Assembly: GCA_019058315.1 (NCBI GenBank)
Contig: JAHPZH010000002.1
Location: forward strand, 288,001 to 352,000
Source: Candidatus Helarchaeota archaeon
Lineage (GTDB): Archaea; Asgardarchaeota; Lokiarchaeia; Helarchaeales; RDOG01
Direction of reading: 5' to 3'
DNA length: 64,000 nucleotides
Part shown: positions 40,877-50,678 of the stretch, piece by piece
Numbering within the stretch: the stretch's first letter is position 1
Layout: each line of letters opens with the position of its first letter
The notes under the pieces: generated by a model
The model's input: only the letters and a program-made list of their open reading frames with translations
Told to the model about the DNA's origin: nothing
The model's database searches: none
Program-made: the position numbers and the translations under genes

Positions 40877-41275
40877 TTAAAATTCTACGCCTTCGACTAA
40901 AGTTATCGTATTTACTAATTCTAAAGCAGCTTTAGTTGCTCTCATAATCTTTGACATGTCACCATCAAGCATTAATTCGCCTTCCATCAATGCTCTAATG
41001 GGATCTAGTTCTTTTTTGGCTATTTTTACATAAGTCTCATATGTACCTTCAATTTTAAATTCAGCTTCTTTATTTTCATCTGCTTCTTCTACTCCACGGC
41101 AATTTCCGTGCCAAAGATCAATATACATAAAAAATTTATCGTCACCCATGTCGCATATAAATAGAAAATCGCCTTCCCATGTTGAAGACACCTTTGCATA
41201 TTCTGGATTATTATTTAAAGCAGCACAAAAGGCGTTAGCCCACTCGGGCGTCATATATTTCATTACTATCACCAT
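40877..41275 (-). CDS. SCP2 sterol/lipid-binding domain protein
   Basis: TPEW, LDPIRALMEGELMLDGDM. Confidence 0.88.
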   Translation of the reverse strand: MVIVMKYMTPEWANAFCAALNNNPEYAKVSSTWEGDFLFICDMGDDKFFMYIDLWHGNCRGVEEADENKEAEFKIEGTYETYVKIAKKELDPIRALMEGELMLDGDMSKIMRATKAALELVNTITLVEGVEF

Positions 41276-41387
41276 CTATTAGTTTAATTTCTTTTTATTT
41301 TTTAACAATAAAAAGTTTCTTTAAAAAGACAAATCATTCGATTTAAAAAAATTAGAATTAGAAAAATGAAAAGAGATTGAAAAAGTT

Positions 41388-41876
41388 TTATTTTTCATAA
41401 GCTAGTACAGCAAACTCGCCTACAAATTTCTTCTTTTTCTGGTATGCTTCTTCATCTGGTGAGACCACCTTTAATGCTTCATGAGGACACACTTTTACAC
41501 ACTGAGGTTCTTTATAACCTATATCAGTACACATCTCACATTTATGGATATAACCTTGGTCACCTACTCCAATAGCACCAAAAGGACAAACTTTCACGCA
41601 TGTACGGCAGTGAAAACATTTATTGTAATCTATTTTTATAATATGAGTTTTTGGATCTCGAGATATTGCTTCAACAGGACAAGCAGAAATCGGTAAGCAG
41701 TCTTCACACTGCATACAAAAAACTGGATAATTATATTTCCAGCTAAAGTCAATAACTTCAATCCTAGAATTTATCATATTTACGTCCCCTGAATTTACTA
41801 TACTACATGCTAACATACAAAGTTTGCAATCTGTACACTTTTCGGGATCCGCCCAAATTATATTCTTTTCTGCCAT
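41388..41876 (-). CDS. 4x[4Fe-4S] ferredoxin-like subunit (partner of AOR)
   Basis: CTDCKLCMLAC, CMQC...CPV, CFHCRTCVKVCP, KCEMC...CVKVCP; ATG 41876 directly follows the AOR stop. Confidence 0.9.
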   Translation of the reverse strand: MAEKNIIWADPEKCTDCKLCMLACSIVNSGDVNMINSRIEVIDFSWKYNYPVFCMQCEDCLPISACPVEAISRDPKTHIIKIDYNKCFHCRTCVKVCPFGAIGVGDQGYIHKCEMCTDIGYKEPQCVKVCPHEALKVVSPDEEAYQKKKKFVGEFAVLAYEK

Positions 41877-41878
41877 TT

Positions 41879-43723
41879 TTATCCTCCCCAAATATCCTTT
41901 ATTACAAATTCTAAATTTAATTCTTTCAATAATTCCTTTGTTGGTCTCCCTGTTGCTTCATCCCATTTGCGATATTGGTAATATTCTTTTAGATGTCTCG
42001 GAAAATCTGGAACATTTCCTTCAGTTCCTCCTTCTAGAGGTGTTAGGAACATTTTAGGTAGATAATCATCTTCATTTGTGATTCCCATTTTATTATTAAA
42101 AGCACGTTTTAAATTGAAGCTGCGTTTACCAATTAATCTCAAAGTCTCAATTGGAAAATCAATACCTGTTCCATATTTGAGCAGTTTAGAAATATGTTCT
42201 CCTGTTGGATGGGCAAAGTTGCAGAATATTAATGAGCTATATATTGTACGGAAATCTTGTTCATTTGCTATAATTTCACCAATTTTATTATCATCAAATC
42301 TTTCATGGAATGGCACTCCAAATTCAGGTGCTGCATTTCCATAACAAACTTCATAATCATCTTGTGCCATATGGCAAGCACCGCGGGTCGCAGTGGCATA
42401 GCCTATACCCATTCCAAAAAATGCTCTTGGATCATGCATAGGAATTTCCAATCCTTTTATTACAGCCATTTCATCACGAGGAACTTTGAACTTTTCTCCA
42501 GCTCTCAATGTTCCCTCTGCCAATATATTTCCAAATCCTTTTCTTTTAGCAATTAAGTCTACTAATTGAACTATCATATCTGCATCTCCCCATTTAATCT
42601 CCAGACCTTCTGTTTCGACTTTTGTTATATATTCTTTTTCATACATATACATGGCAAATGCAATAGTTGAACCCCCTGTGATTGTATCTATTCCATGGAG
42701 ATTACATAATTCATTACTTTTTAATATTGATTCGAGATTATCATTTAAAGTAAGTGCTCCAAAGGTGCCTAGAGTCTCATATTCTGCACATTCATGAACA
42801 GGTGTTTTAAATTTGCCCTCTTTAACTTCAATAAGTTTCCTACAACGAATTGCACAGCTAAAACATGCATCATGTTTTATTACATATCTGTCATGTTGTT
42901 CGCTACCACTAATTTTTTGGGCTCCGTCCCATTCCCCTTGTGAATAATATTTTGACACTAAATCACCGAATGCATAACCTGTATCTAGATATCCAGCAGT
43001 TCCCAATTCTTTGAACATCTTAGAAGTAAATTTCTTCATTTGATGTTCATTAGCTTCATTACAAACTTTTAAAAATTCTAGAGAATCAGCCAATTCAACT
43101 TTTCCTCTTGCTTTAATAGCAATAGCCTTTAGATTTTTACTACCCATAACTGCCCCCATACCAGTTCTTCCAGCAGCTCGAATGTTATCATTCATTATAG
43201 CAGCAAATCTAACTTGATTGACTCCGCCAAGCCCAATAGAGGCGACTCTAAATCGATTATCCTCTAATTCTTTTCGGACTTGCTGAAGTGTCTGTTCTGT
43301 ATTTTTTTTCCAAATTTTTTTTGCAGGACGTAATTCTGTGTCAGGACCGGATATTACTAAATAAACAGGTTTTTCAGCTTTTCCAGTAAATAATATCCCG
43401 TCATATCCTGCGTGTTTAAGTTCTGCACCCCAAACTCCAGAAGATGTAGACTCACCCCAAATTCCCGTTAACGGTGATTTTGCACAAACGACATATCTTC
43501 CACTTGTAGGTGCTGGGGTACCCGTTAAGGGACCTACCATGAATAAGAGCGGATTTTCAGGACCTAAAGGATCAGTATCTTTGTTAATCATGTCATAAAG
43601 TAATCGAGAGGCATAACCAGACCCACCTAAATATTCTTTAGCCCATTCTAGATTTAATGAATCAGTTGAAATCTTTTGAGATGCTAAATCAACTTTAAGA
43701 ATCTGACCTTGATAACCAAACAA
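41879..43723 (-). CDS. Tungsten aldehyde:ferredoxin oxidoreductase family protein
   Basis: KSPLTG, AAGRTGMGAVMGSKNLKAI, CFSCAIRC, EYET, HDPR, RGACH. Confidence 0.95.
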   Translation of the reverse strand: MFGYQGQILKVDLASQKISTDSLNLEWAKEYLGGSGYASRLLYDMINKDTDPLGPENPLLFMVGPLTGTPAPTSGRYVVCAKSPLTGIWGESTSSGVWGAELKHAGYDGILFTGKAEKPVYLVISGPDTELRPAKKIWKKNTEQTLQQVRKELEDNRFRVASIGLGGVNQVRFAAIMNDNIRAAGRTGMGAVMGSKNLKAIAIKARGKVELADSLEFLKVCNEANEHQMKKFTSKMFKELGTAGYLDTGYAFGDLVSKYYSQGEWDGAQKISGSEQHDRYVIKHDACFSCAIRCRKLIEVKEGKFKTPVHECAEYETLGTFGALTLNDNLESILKSNELCNLHGIDTITGGSTIAFAMYMYEKEYITKVETEGLEIKWGDADMIVQLVDLIAKRKGFGNILAEGTLRAGEKFKVPRDEMAVIKGLEIPMHDPRAFFGMGIGYATATRGACHMAQDDYEVCYGNAAPEFGVPFHERFDDNKIGEIIANEQDFRTIYSSLIFCNFAHPTGEHISKLLKYGTGIDFPIETLRLIGKRSFNLKRAFNNKMGITNEDDYLPKMFLTPLEGGTEGNVPDFPRHLKEYYQYRKWDEATGRPTKELLKELNLEFVIKDIWGG

Positions 43724-44363
43724 ATTAATTCTTCCTTATTTCTTAATTTTCAATAATTTTTTCAATAATAACAAAAAAGATACCAAATTAATTAAGTTTT
43801 TTTTAATAAAGGTCTGTATTTTTAAGTTTATAAACCATCATTTAGGAATAATTTCCCTTGATGGAAATGTTAAATTCAATAATTGATAAAGATACAGGCA
43901 AAATTACATTTGATAGAATAGTCTACATTGGAATAGGAAATTATACTGAATTTCTTAAATAAAAAAAAGAAATTAATTTATTTTAATTATCAATAAATTA
44001 ACATAATAATTCGAGAAATGTTTTATTCCCTTTTATATTATTTTTTAGGAATTATTTCTTATCTACTTTTATCTCTTTAGACTTTTTTATCACTGCTTGA
44101 TATATTTGTCTAGAGATTGTCGATTTATATCTTTTCGATCTTTCTACTTTCATTGTCTCTACCTTCAAAGATTATGATGATTTCTAAGCACAATCACTTC
44201 TGTAATTAGTCCTTTGGGAATCACTTTTTCTCTTTTGATATCATTTTATTTTTTAATAATAAAACGAGCATTGGACTTTTTAAAATCCAAAGAATGAATT
44301 CAATAAGAGAATGATAATTACTGTTTTTAAATGTTTCAAAGATATTTAAAAACTTTGAAAATA

Positions 44364-45044
44364 TTAAATTATTTTTCTCGCCAAATTATGAATTATTTTT
44401 TCCTTATCTTTTACACATAATATTAAATCTTTATCTTTTTTTTTGAATATTACACCTTCCATAAATTCAGGCCATTTAAAGTCTTCAGAGAATACATCAA
44501 ATAACACTGCTTTGAAAAGAATAATATTCAAATCGTGAGAAACATGTAAATCGATCTCTTTTGAATTATTTTGGTTACATTGAATTAACGAATTTATCAT
44601 ATCATTCCTTGCCCTTTTTGGAGGATGTAATATAGTCTTATCAAATCCTCCTCTAAACCACTTTTCAACAAATCCCGAAACTCCATGATCAGTAAAAAGA
44701 TCAAAAATTAAGTGACCTTTTAGGATATATGTGCCCCCTAAGAAATCCCTTTCACCAATCATTAATCCAGAACCATGACTATCTCGAATCCCTTGATATA
44801 TTAATTCTGCTGTATCCTTACATCTAGATATTGGACTATGAAATATACGGATTAATCTATCCTTTGGAAGTAGTTTTCCAAATTCATAAGCTAATTTTTC
44901 TCCTTCGGGTGTTAGCTGGGCATTTCGTAGTGAGTCTCTATTAATTATATTTTCACGAATAGAATGACGAAGGAGGACTGAAATTATATTACTCCTACTG
45001 TACTCATAAATTCTATCTGCGAATTCGTTTATATCCAATTTCAT
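44364..45044 (-). CDS. Histidine phosphatase family protein
   Basis: LRHS, LTPEG, SPISRCKDTA, VSHD. Confidence 0.85.
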   Translation of the reverse strand: MKLDINEFADRIYEYSRSNIISVLLRHSIRENIINRDSLRNAQLTPEGEKLAYEFGKLLPKDRLIRIFHSPISRCKDTAELIYQGIRDSHGSGLMIGERDFLGGTYILKGHLIFDLFTDHGVSGFVEKWFRGGFDKTILHPPKRARNDMINSLIQCNQNNSKEIDLHVSHDLNIILFKAVLFDVFSEDFKWPEFMEGVIFKKKDKDLILCVKDKEKIIHNLARKII

Positions 45045-45164
45045 TATTTTCAGATCTAAAATAAATTTATTAGACGATTATAAAAATCCAATATTAAATT
45101 TACCTAAAGTCTTGCAGAATACTCCCAATTAAGAACTGCTTACATTATAACAACTTTGTAAAAG

Positions 45165-45830
45165 CTAAGTATTTTCTAAAACTTCATATAATTTATTTAA
45201 TTTTTCTTTAAGATATTGATAATCTGCCAATTTTAATCCATTTTGATTAAGTAATTTCTCTATTCTCTTTATCTTATTAACAAGTTCATCGATCTTGGCT
45301 TTTCCAGGAAATAGGACTTCCCAAATCATAGAATTAAAAGTTTCCGTAACGTTATGTTTTGTTTTTGCTGAAGTTTCAATGTATGCATATTTAATTTTAT
45401 CTGCATATTCTTGCCCTTCTTTGGTTGATACCACTCTCTGGTCCACGAGATCTATTTTAGTCCCAACTAAAATCCCAGGAACAACCTTTTTGACCTGCTT
45501 TTTGATTTCATCGTGTAAATAAGCGAGGTCATCAAATGTTTTCCTTCTTGTAGTATCAAAAATTAGCATGACTCCACTCGTGCCCTTGAAATGGATCTTG
45601 TTATACCACCCGTTTATCCCTAAAAATGCTCTATAAACTATTTCCCAGAAAAAAAATCGAGCCTCATCATTTGTTCCTGGAATTTTAACCCTCTTATCAT
45701 ACATTTTTATCGCTAGTCGTGTAGGGGGAGGGTCAAAATTTCCGTAAATATATCTATTAAGGAGGTTACTCATTCCTACTTGAGGCTCTCCGACCAAAGT
45801 TATTTTATATATTAAGGTCTTTTCACTCAT
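45165..45830 (-). CDS. Degenerate Rab-like GTPase with helical C-terminal tail
   Basis: Rab fold, but G1 GEPQVGMS, G3 WEIV and G4 GTKID deviate; G5 ETSAK intact. Confidence 0.85.
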   Translation of the reverse strand: MSEKTLIYKITLVGEPQVGMSNLLNRYIYGNFDPPPTRLAIKMYDKRVKIPGTNDEARFFFWEIVYRAFLGINGWYNKIHFKGTSGVMLIFDTTRRKTFDDLAYLHDEIKKQVKKVVPGILVGTKIDLVDQRVVSTKEGQEYADKIKYAYIETSAKTKHNVTETFNSMIWEVLFPGKAKIDELVNKIKRIEKLLNQNGLKLADYQYLKEKLNKLYEVLENT

Positions 45831-45851
45831 CTTATTTTCCTTTACCTTTTT

Positions 45852-45938
45852 CTAAACAAATTTGAATTTCTCGTTTAAATTATCCAGTTCTTCATTTAAG
45901 TATTTATAATCCTTGAATAATCCCTTTAAATAATATTT
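45852..45938 (-). pseudogene. Possible remnant 3' end of a paralogue of the adjacent GTPase
   Basis: Translates GLFKDYKYLNEELDNLNEKFKFV*, similar to the GTPase tail GLKLADYQYLKEKLNKLYE; no start codon. Confidence 0.4.
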
Positions 45939-46040
45939 TCATTTCATATTTCCTAATTTTTAATATAGAAAAGATGGAGTATAAATAGGACTGGTAGAAA
46001 ATAATAGACCTAGACTATAAATAGCGCATATTAAAAGATA

Positions 46041-48749
46041 TTAGAAGCTTTCGAACTGATATCTATCTATAATATCGTCTTGTACTGGTTTTCCTAGGTC
46101 AATGAAGTAAGCATTATAACCAGACACTCTTACAACTAAGTCTCGATGGTTTTCGGGATGCTTTTGTGCATCAATTAAATCTTCTTGATTTACAACATTA
46201 AATTGAACTTGTTGTCCACCAATCTTTAGATAAGTCAATAAAAGATCTGCAAATTTTTCTCTATCTTCTGGATTTTGTATTAATGAGGGTAATAATCTCA
46301 TATTCAAAGCTAAACCATTACTTATTTTAGTGGTATCAATCTTTGCTAAACTCTTGAATACTGCTGTCGGACCGTTTCTTTCTGTATTATTTGATGGAGA
46401 GAGTGAATTAGAAACTGGCACACCTGCGTTTCGACCATCTGGAGTAGCTCCCAAGAAGTAACCATCAACAATATACATACCATAGGAAAAGAATCCTGGC
46501 CGAAATATTCCAGAATTCCTTATACAAGGATGGCTCATTACTTCATCACAAAATATATTTACAATATCCTTAGCTATAGAATCTACATAATCATTGTCAT
46601 TTCCAAATTTAGGCAATTTATTTTTTAGTTTAATTTGGAATAGTTCTTCCCCTTTGAAATTACTGTTTATGATTTTAATGAATTCTTCCAAAGTGAGTTC
46701 TTTATCTTCAAATACTAATTTTTTTAATGCACAAAGAGAATTTGCCGCAGTTGCCAACCCTCGACCAGAAATTGAATCGAAATCATATTTTGCTCCTCCT
46801 TGGGTCATATCAAGTGCATTTTCTATACATCCGTCTAGGGTCATCGAAATGAATGGATTAGGATAATATTCAGCATATAATACGTTTTTAACATTTACAC
46901 ATTTGGCAATATGATTGATCATATGTTTTAATTGTCTTACATATGCATCCCATACTTCATCGTAGGATTTGAACTTATTTGGGTCACCAGTGTTTACACC
47001 ATATGGTTTTCCCATGAGTTTTATCATTCCATTAGTCAAAACCATCTCAAGTAAACCAACCAGTGAAATATCGTTTCCACTTGTACAACTAAATGTATTT
47101 CCTTGAGATGATGGTTCAACACATCCAATAATTCCATAATCTCTCGCATCTTCTAATAAAACTCCAGTTTTTTGGATAGCTGGTATTACAATGTCATCAT
47201 TATATACAGCAGGTCCACTAGTTTTGGAAAAAATTTCGATAGTCCTTTCAACCCATTTTTTAGGATTTTTTTCAGGTGCAATACGAATAGAAAAGGAATT
47301 TGTCATTGATTTAATATTTTGTATGGCATCCATAAATAAAAAAGACAATTCATTAACTGCATCATTTCCATCTTTATCTACACCACCAACAGTAATTGCC
47401 GCATTATCTGCACCCAGTTCAGAGGCTGTGTCCTTACCGTAGGTGGGTATCATTAAAAGATTGTAACTTAATTTAATTAGTAAATCTTCTAAAAGCTCAG
47501 TCACTTCATTAGGAGTAATTACGCCTTTTTCTATATCAGACTTAAAAAAGGGATAAAGATATTGATCCGCTCTACCAACTGCTAACACTCCAGCCAAACC
47601 ATGAGAAATTGTTGCGATAACGTGATTAAACCAAACTAATTGTATAGCTTCTCTAAAATTCCGAGGTTTATTGGCTGAAATCCAACTACAATTTTCTGAT
47701 ATTTGTTCAAGTTCAGCAGCTCTTTTTGGATTATCTTCTTTAATTGCTTTTTCTTTTGCTAATTTGGCAAATCGTTTTATAAATCTAATACTTGAATCGC
47801 AACTTATTATAGCAGCTTCTAAAAAAGCCTTGTTATCAATGGTAAAACCATTTTTGGAAAATCTATCTTGAAAATAATTGGTCGGATCTGAATATTTTTG
47901 AATGATATGATTGATATCTCTTGAACCTGATAAGTTTCCGTCATGAATTTCAATTGAATTAGATAATTCTTTATTAACTTCATTCAATTTCTCAGTTGCA
48001 AGTTTTTTTATACCCTCATAACCCCATTTTAAAATATTTTTATGCCCTAAAATTAAATGGCCTTGAACATCAAATACGTTATTAACAAAGTTTGGGTTAT
48101 TCGCCATCAACGCGTCAAACCCTCTAGAAATTACATTTTCTAGTGCTGAAAGAGTAGGCAATAAGGTTTCTTCGAGTTGTGAATAATCTTTATTTTGTTT
48201 CTCTAGGATTTCCTTAAGAGTTGGAGCTCCAGCTCCTCTAACTAATCTATCATAAAATTGTTCTATCCATTCATTTCCAAATTGCTTAAAACGCTTTTTC
48301 CAACTTTCTAAATCCCAATTACCCCTCCAAAATAAGCCATTTTCTTTCCAATATTTTACTTTCATTTCTCTAATTGTCTTACCTTTCCAATAAGGCAGAA
48401 TCTCTTTTTTTAATAACTTTTCATCGGATTTTTCTATCTTATAAGGCTGAAATTTTCGTTTTTTAAGTCTTTTTAGATCTGCCTTAATAACCATATTCAA
48501 ATCCCCTCTTTCAACGGGAATAAATGCCCCTACTAGTTTACTAGACCTATTTCCAACAATTTGTTCATGCTCTAATATATAAATTGTCATATTTTCTAGA
48601 GTTTTTTTAAGTGCTCTAGCAGCACGAATTGCAGGATGTTGGCCTTCTGTTTCCTTATAAGATTCTGTATAATATTTTGCCCTCTCAATACAAATCTCGT
48701 AAGGAGCCTCATAGATCATTTTTCGATAGGAATCCGTATGATCAGACAT
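46041..48749 (-). CDS. Glycyl radical enzyme (eliminase/PFL2-like class), substrate unknown
   Basis: GIIGCVEP single-Cys loop, RVSGY glycyl motif, GRADQYLYP, ATPDGR. Confidence 0.93.
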   Translation of the reverse strand: MSDHTDSYRKMIYEAPYEICIERAKYYTESYKETEGQHPAIRAARALKKTLENMTIYILEHEQIVGNRSSKLVGAFIPVERGDLNMVIKADLKRLKKRKFQPYKIEKSDEKLLKKEILPYWKGKTIREMKVKYWKENGLFWRGNWDLESWKKRFKQFGNEWIEQFYDRLVRGAGAPTLKEILEKQNKDYSQLEETLLPTLSALENVISRGFDALMANNPNFVNNVFDVQGHLILGHKNILKWGYEGIKKLATEKLNEVNKELSNSIEIHDGNLSGSRDINHIIQKYSDPTNYFQDRFSKNGFTIDNKAFLEAAIISCDSSIRFIKRFAKLAKEKAIKEDNPKRAAELEQISENCSWISANKPRNFREAIQLVWFNHVIATISHGLAGVLAVGRADQYLYPFFKSDIEKGVITPNEVTELLEDLLIKLSYNLLMIPTYGKDTASELGADNAAITVGGVDKDGNDAVNELSFLFMDAIQNIKSMTNSFSIRIAPEKNPKKWVERTIEIFSKTSGPAVYNDDIVIPAIQKTGVLLEDARDYGIIGCVEPSSQGNTFSCTSGNDISLVGLLEMVLTNGMIKLMGKPYGVNTGDPNKFKSYDEVWDAYVRQLKHMINHIAKCVNVKNVLYAEYYPNPFISMTLDGCIENALDMTQGGAKYDFDSISGRGLATAANSLCALKKLVFEDKELTLEEFIKIINSNFKGEELFQIKLKNKLPKFGNDNDYVDSIAKDIVNIFCDEVMSHPCIRNSGIFRPGFFSYGMYIVDGYFLGATPDGRNAGVPVSNSLSPSNNTERNGPTAVFKSLAKIDTTKISNGLALNMRLLPSLIQNPEDREKFADLLLTYLKIGGQQVQFNVVNQEDLIDAQKHPENHRDLVVRVSGYNAYFIDLGKPVQDDIIDRYQFESF

Positions 48750-48860
48750 TTAAGTTCCTCAAAAATATGTTTTATTTGTATAAAATAAAATAAAAGAAAT
48801 TAATTAATCTGACTTTTTAGTCATTTTTCTAATCAACATTAGATTTTCTTTTGAACAAAT

Positions 48861-49913
48861 TTAATCAATTGGATATTTACCGTATTTTTTTGGGGCGTTG
48901 ATTAATGCTTGAATATTCTCAACTGGGGTTCCTACCCCTATATCACAACCCGAACTTAAAATATACTTTCCATCTCTTGCAGCTTGCTCTATACAATGTT
49001 TTGCTTCAAGTTCTACTTCTTTAGGAGTTCCCCTCATCAATAATTGGGTGGGTACATTTCCTAATGTGATAATAAATTTCTTTCCAATCGCTTCCTTTAT
49101 TTTTTTAAGATCTACACGGTCACAGCTGAAGATAAATAATCTCGGTAATTTTACGATTTGGTCTACAATTTCTTCAGACTCACCACAGACGTGGAGTAAC
49201 CAGGCAGGAATATTGACTTTCCTTACGATTTTTTTTATATAAGGAACCACAAATTCTTTAAAATGTTCAGGTGAAATACAAGATACCGAAGCAGTTGGTT
49301 CAGTAATTCCGAATATATTAGGTAATCCTTGTTCTATCAATGCTTTATAATATTCAATAATTGTATCTGTACAAATATCAATGACCTTATGGACTAATTC
49401 TGGATTCCTTATTATATTTCTCATTAAATTCTCAGCTCCCATGACGGCTCCAGCAGCTGTAAAGGGTCCTTCTGAACCACCAAATGCAAAAATTTTTTCC
49501 TCATCAAATTTTTTAGAACAGATGTTTGCTGCTTCTAAATTAATAGGCATTCTTCCTTCTTTATAGGGATCTAAAACTTCCAGATTTTCCAATTTTTCAA
49601 TATCAGTAATACCTTTCTCAAGCATTGGAACGGAATCTATTGGATAACTTAATTCAGTTCCATATGCTTCACCAATTACATTCAAATCTAGACAGCTTAT
49701 CAAAAATTTTATCCCTAACTTTTTAGCTATGAATAATTGTGCTTGGGCTATCTTTTTACCATCTCGCATAATTTCAGGAGCTTTTATTCCACTCTTTTTG
49801 TAAAATTCATTCACAGAATAACCCAAAACTATTGGAACACTAGGCACATAAGCTCCTTCTTTTGCTAGCAATCCATCTGCAAGATCTTGTGAAAGCTGGA
49901 GGATTTCCATCAT
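48861..49913 (-). CDS. UROD/MtaA-family methylcobamide:thiol methyltransferase (MT2)
   Basis: EAYG, GRMP, GPFTAA, EPTAS, HVCG and SGCD zinc ligands. Confidence 0.85.
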   Translation of the reverse strand: MMEILQLSQDLADGLLAKEGAYVPSVPIVLGYSVNEFYKKSGIKAPEIMRDGKKIAQAQLFIAKKLGIKFLISCLDLNVIGEAYGTELSYPIDSVPMLEKGITDIEKLENLEVLDPYKEGRMPINLEAANICSKKFDEEKIFAFGGSEGPFTAAGAVMGAENLMRNIIRNPELVHKVIDICTDTIIEYYKALIEQGLPNIFGITEPTASVSCISPEHFKEFVVPYIKKIVRKVNIPAWLLHVCGESEEIVDQIVKLPRLFIFSCDRVDLKKIKEAIGKKFIITLGNVPTQLLMRGTPKEVELEAKHCIEQAARDGKYILSSGCDIGVGTPVENIQALINAPKKYGKYPID

Positions 49914-50551
49914 TTCGTTTTTACCTCCAAAATATGACGATTGAGAGTTTCAACTGCTGCATTTGCATCAGCTGCATACCAATCTGCTCCTATTTGAGCA
50001 GCAAATTTGTCATCAGGAGCAGCACCCCCTAATATAATTTTTACTTGGTCACGTAGCCCCTCTTTTTTGATCAATTTTACAAGATCACTCATACTATTTA
50101 ACGTTGAAGTCATCATAGTTGAAAGGGCAACTATATCTGCATTGTTATTTTTAATGCTTTCTATAAATTTTTCAGCTGGAACATTTCTTCCCAAATCAAT
50201 TACTTTAAAACCTGCTGCTTCTATAAAGCATTTCACGATATTTTTTCCTATATCATGAACATCGCCTCTAATAACACCTATAACGACCGTTGCTTTAGTT
50301 TCCATGCCTTTTAAATGTGGTTGGAGTACTTGGAATGCCGAATAGAACGCATCACTGCTTACTACAATTTCAGGTAGGAAATATTCTTTTTTTTCGTATT
50401 TTTCACTGACTTTTTTCATCCCTAGATTCAGACCATTTATAATAGCATCTTTAATGTCTATTTTTTGTTCTATAACCTTTTGTGCTAATTGAACGGCTTT
50501 CTCATCATCGCCTTCAATTACTGCTTCAGCTAATTCATCAATTATTGTCAT
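49910..50551 (-). CDS. Methyltransferase cognate corrinoid protein
   Basis: Helical cap, GDVHDIGKN, STMMTST, ILGGA; ATGA overlap with the MT2 gene. Confidence 0.93.
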   Translation of the reverse strand: MTIIDELAEAVIEGDDEKAVQLAQKVIEQKIDIKDAIINGLNLGMKKVSEKYEKKEYFLPEIVVSSDAFYSAFQVLQPHLKGMETKATVVIGVIRGDVHDIGKNIVKCFIEAAGFKVIDLGRNVPAEKFIESIKNNNADIVALSTMMTSTLNSMSDLVKLIKKEGLRDQVKIILGGAAPDDKFAAQIGADWYAADANAAVETLNRHILEVKTK

Positions 50552-50678
50552 TTGAACTACTCAAAATTATTCATTTCAATAATAAACCTTGACTAAAAAA
50601 TTACATAATTTTGTTAAATTAAGTTTATTTACGTCATGAACCTAATATAAAAAAACTAATTATATTGGACGTGATTTA

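Noticed and set aside
46041-48749. GRE as pyruvate formate-lyase or alkyl/benzylsuccinate synthase
   Set aside because: Single-Cys GCVEP loop rather than the PFL CC pair; no small accessory subunits of fumarate-adding enzymes; the Glu two residues after the Cys points to an eliminase
48861-49913. Call as true uroporphyrinogen decarboxylase HemE
   Set aside because: Has HxC...C zinc ligands, lacks the RQAGR motif and is coupled to a corrinoid protein, all of which fit MT2
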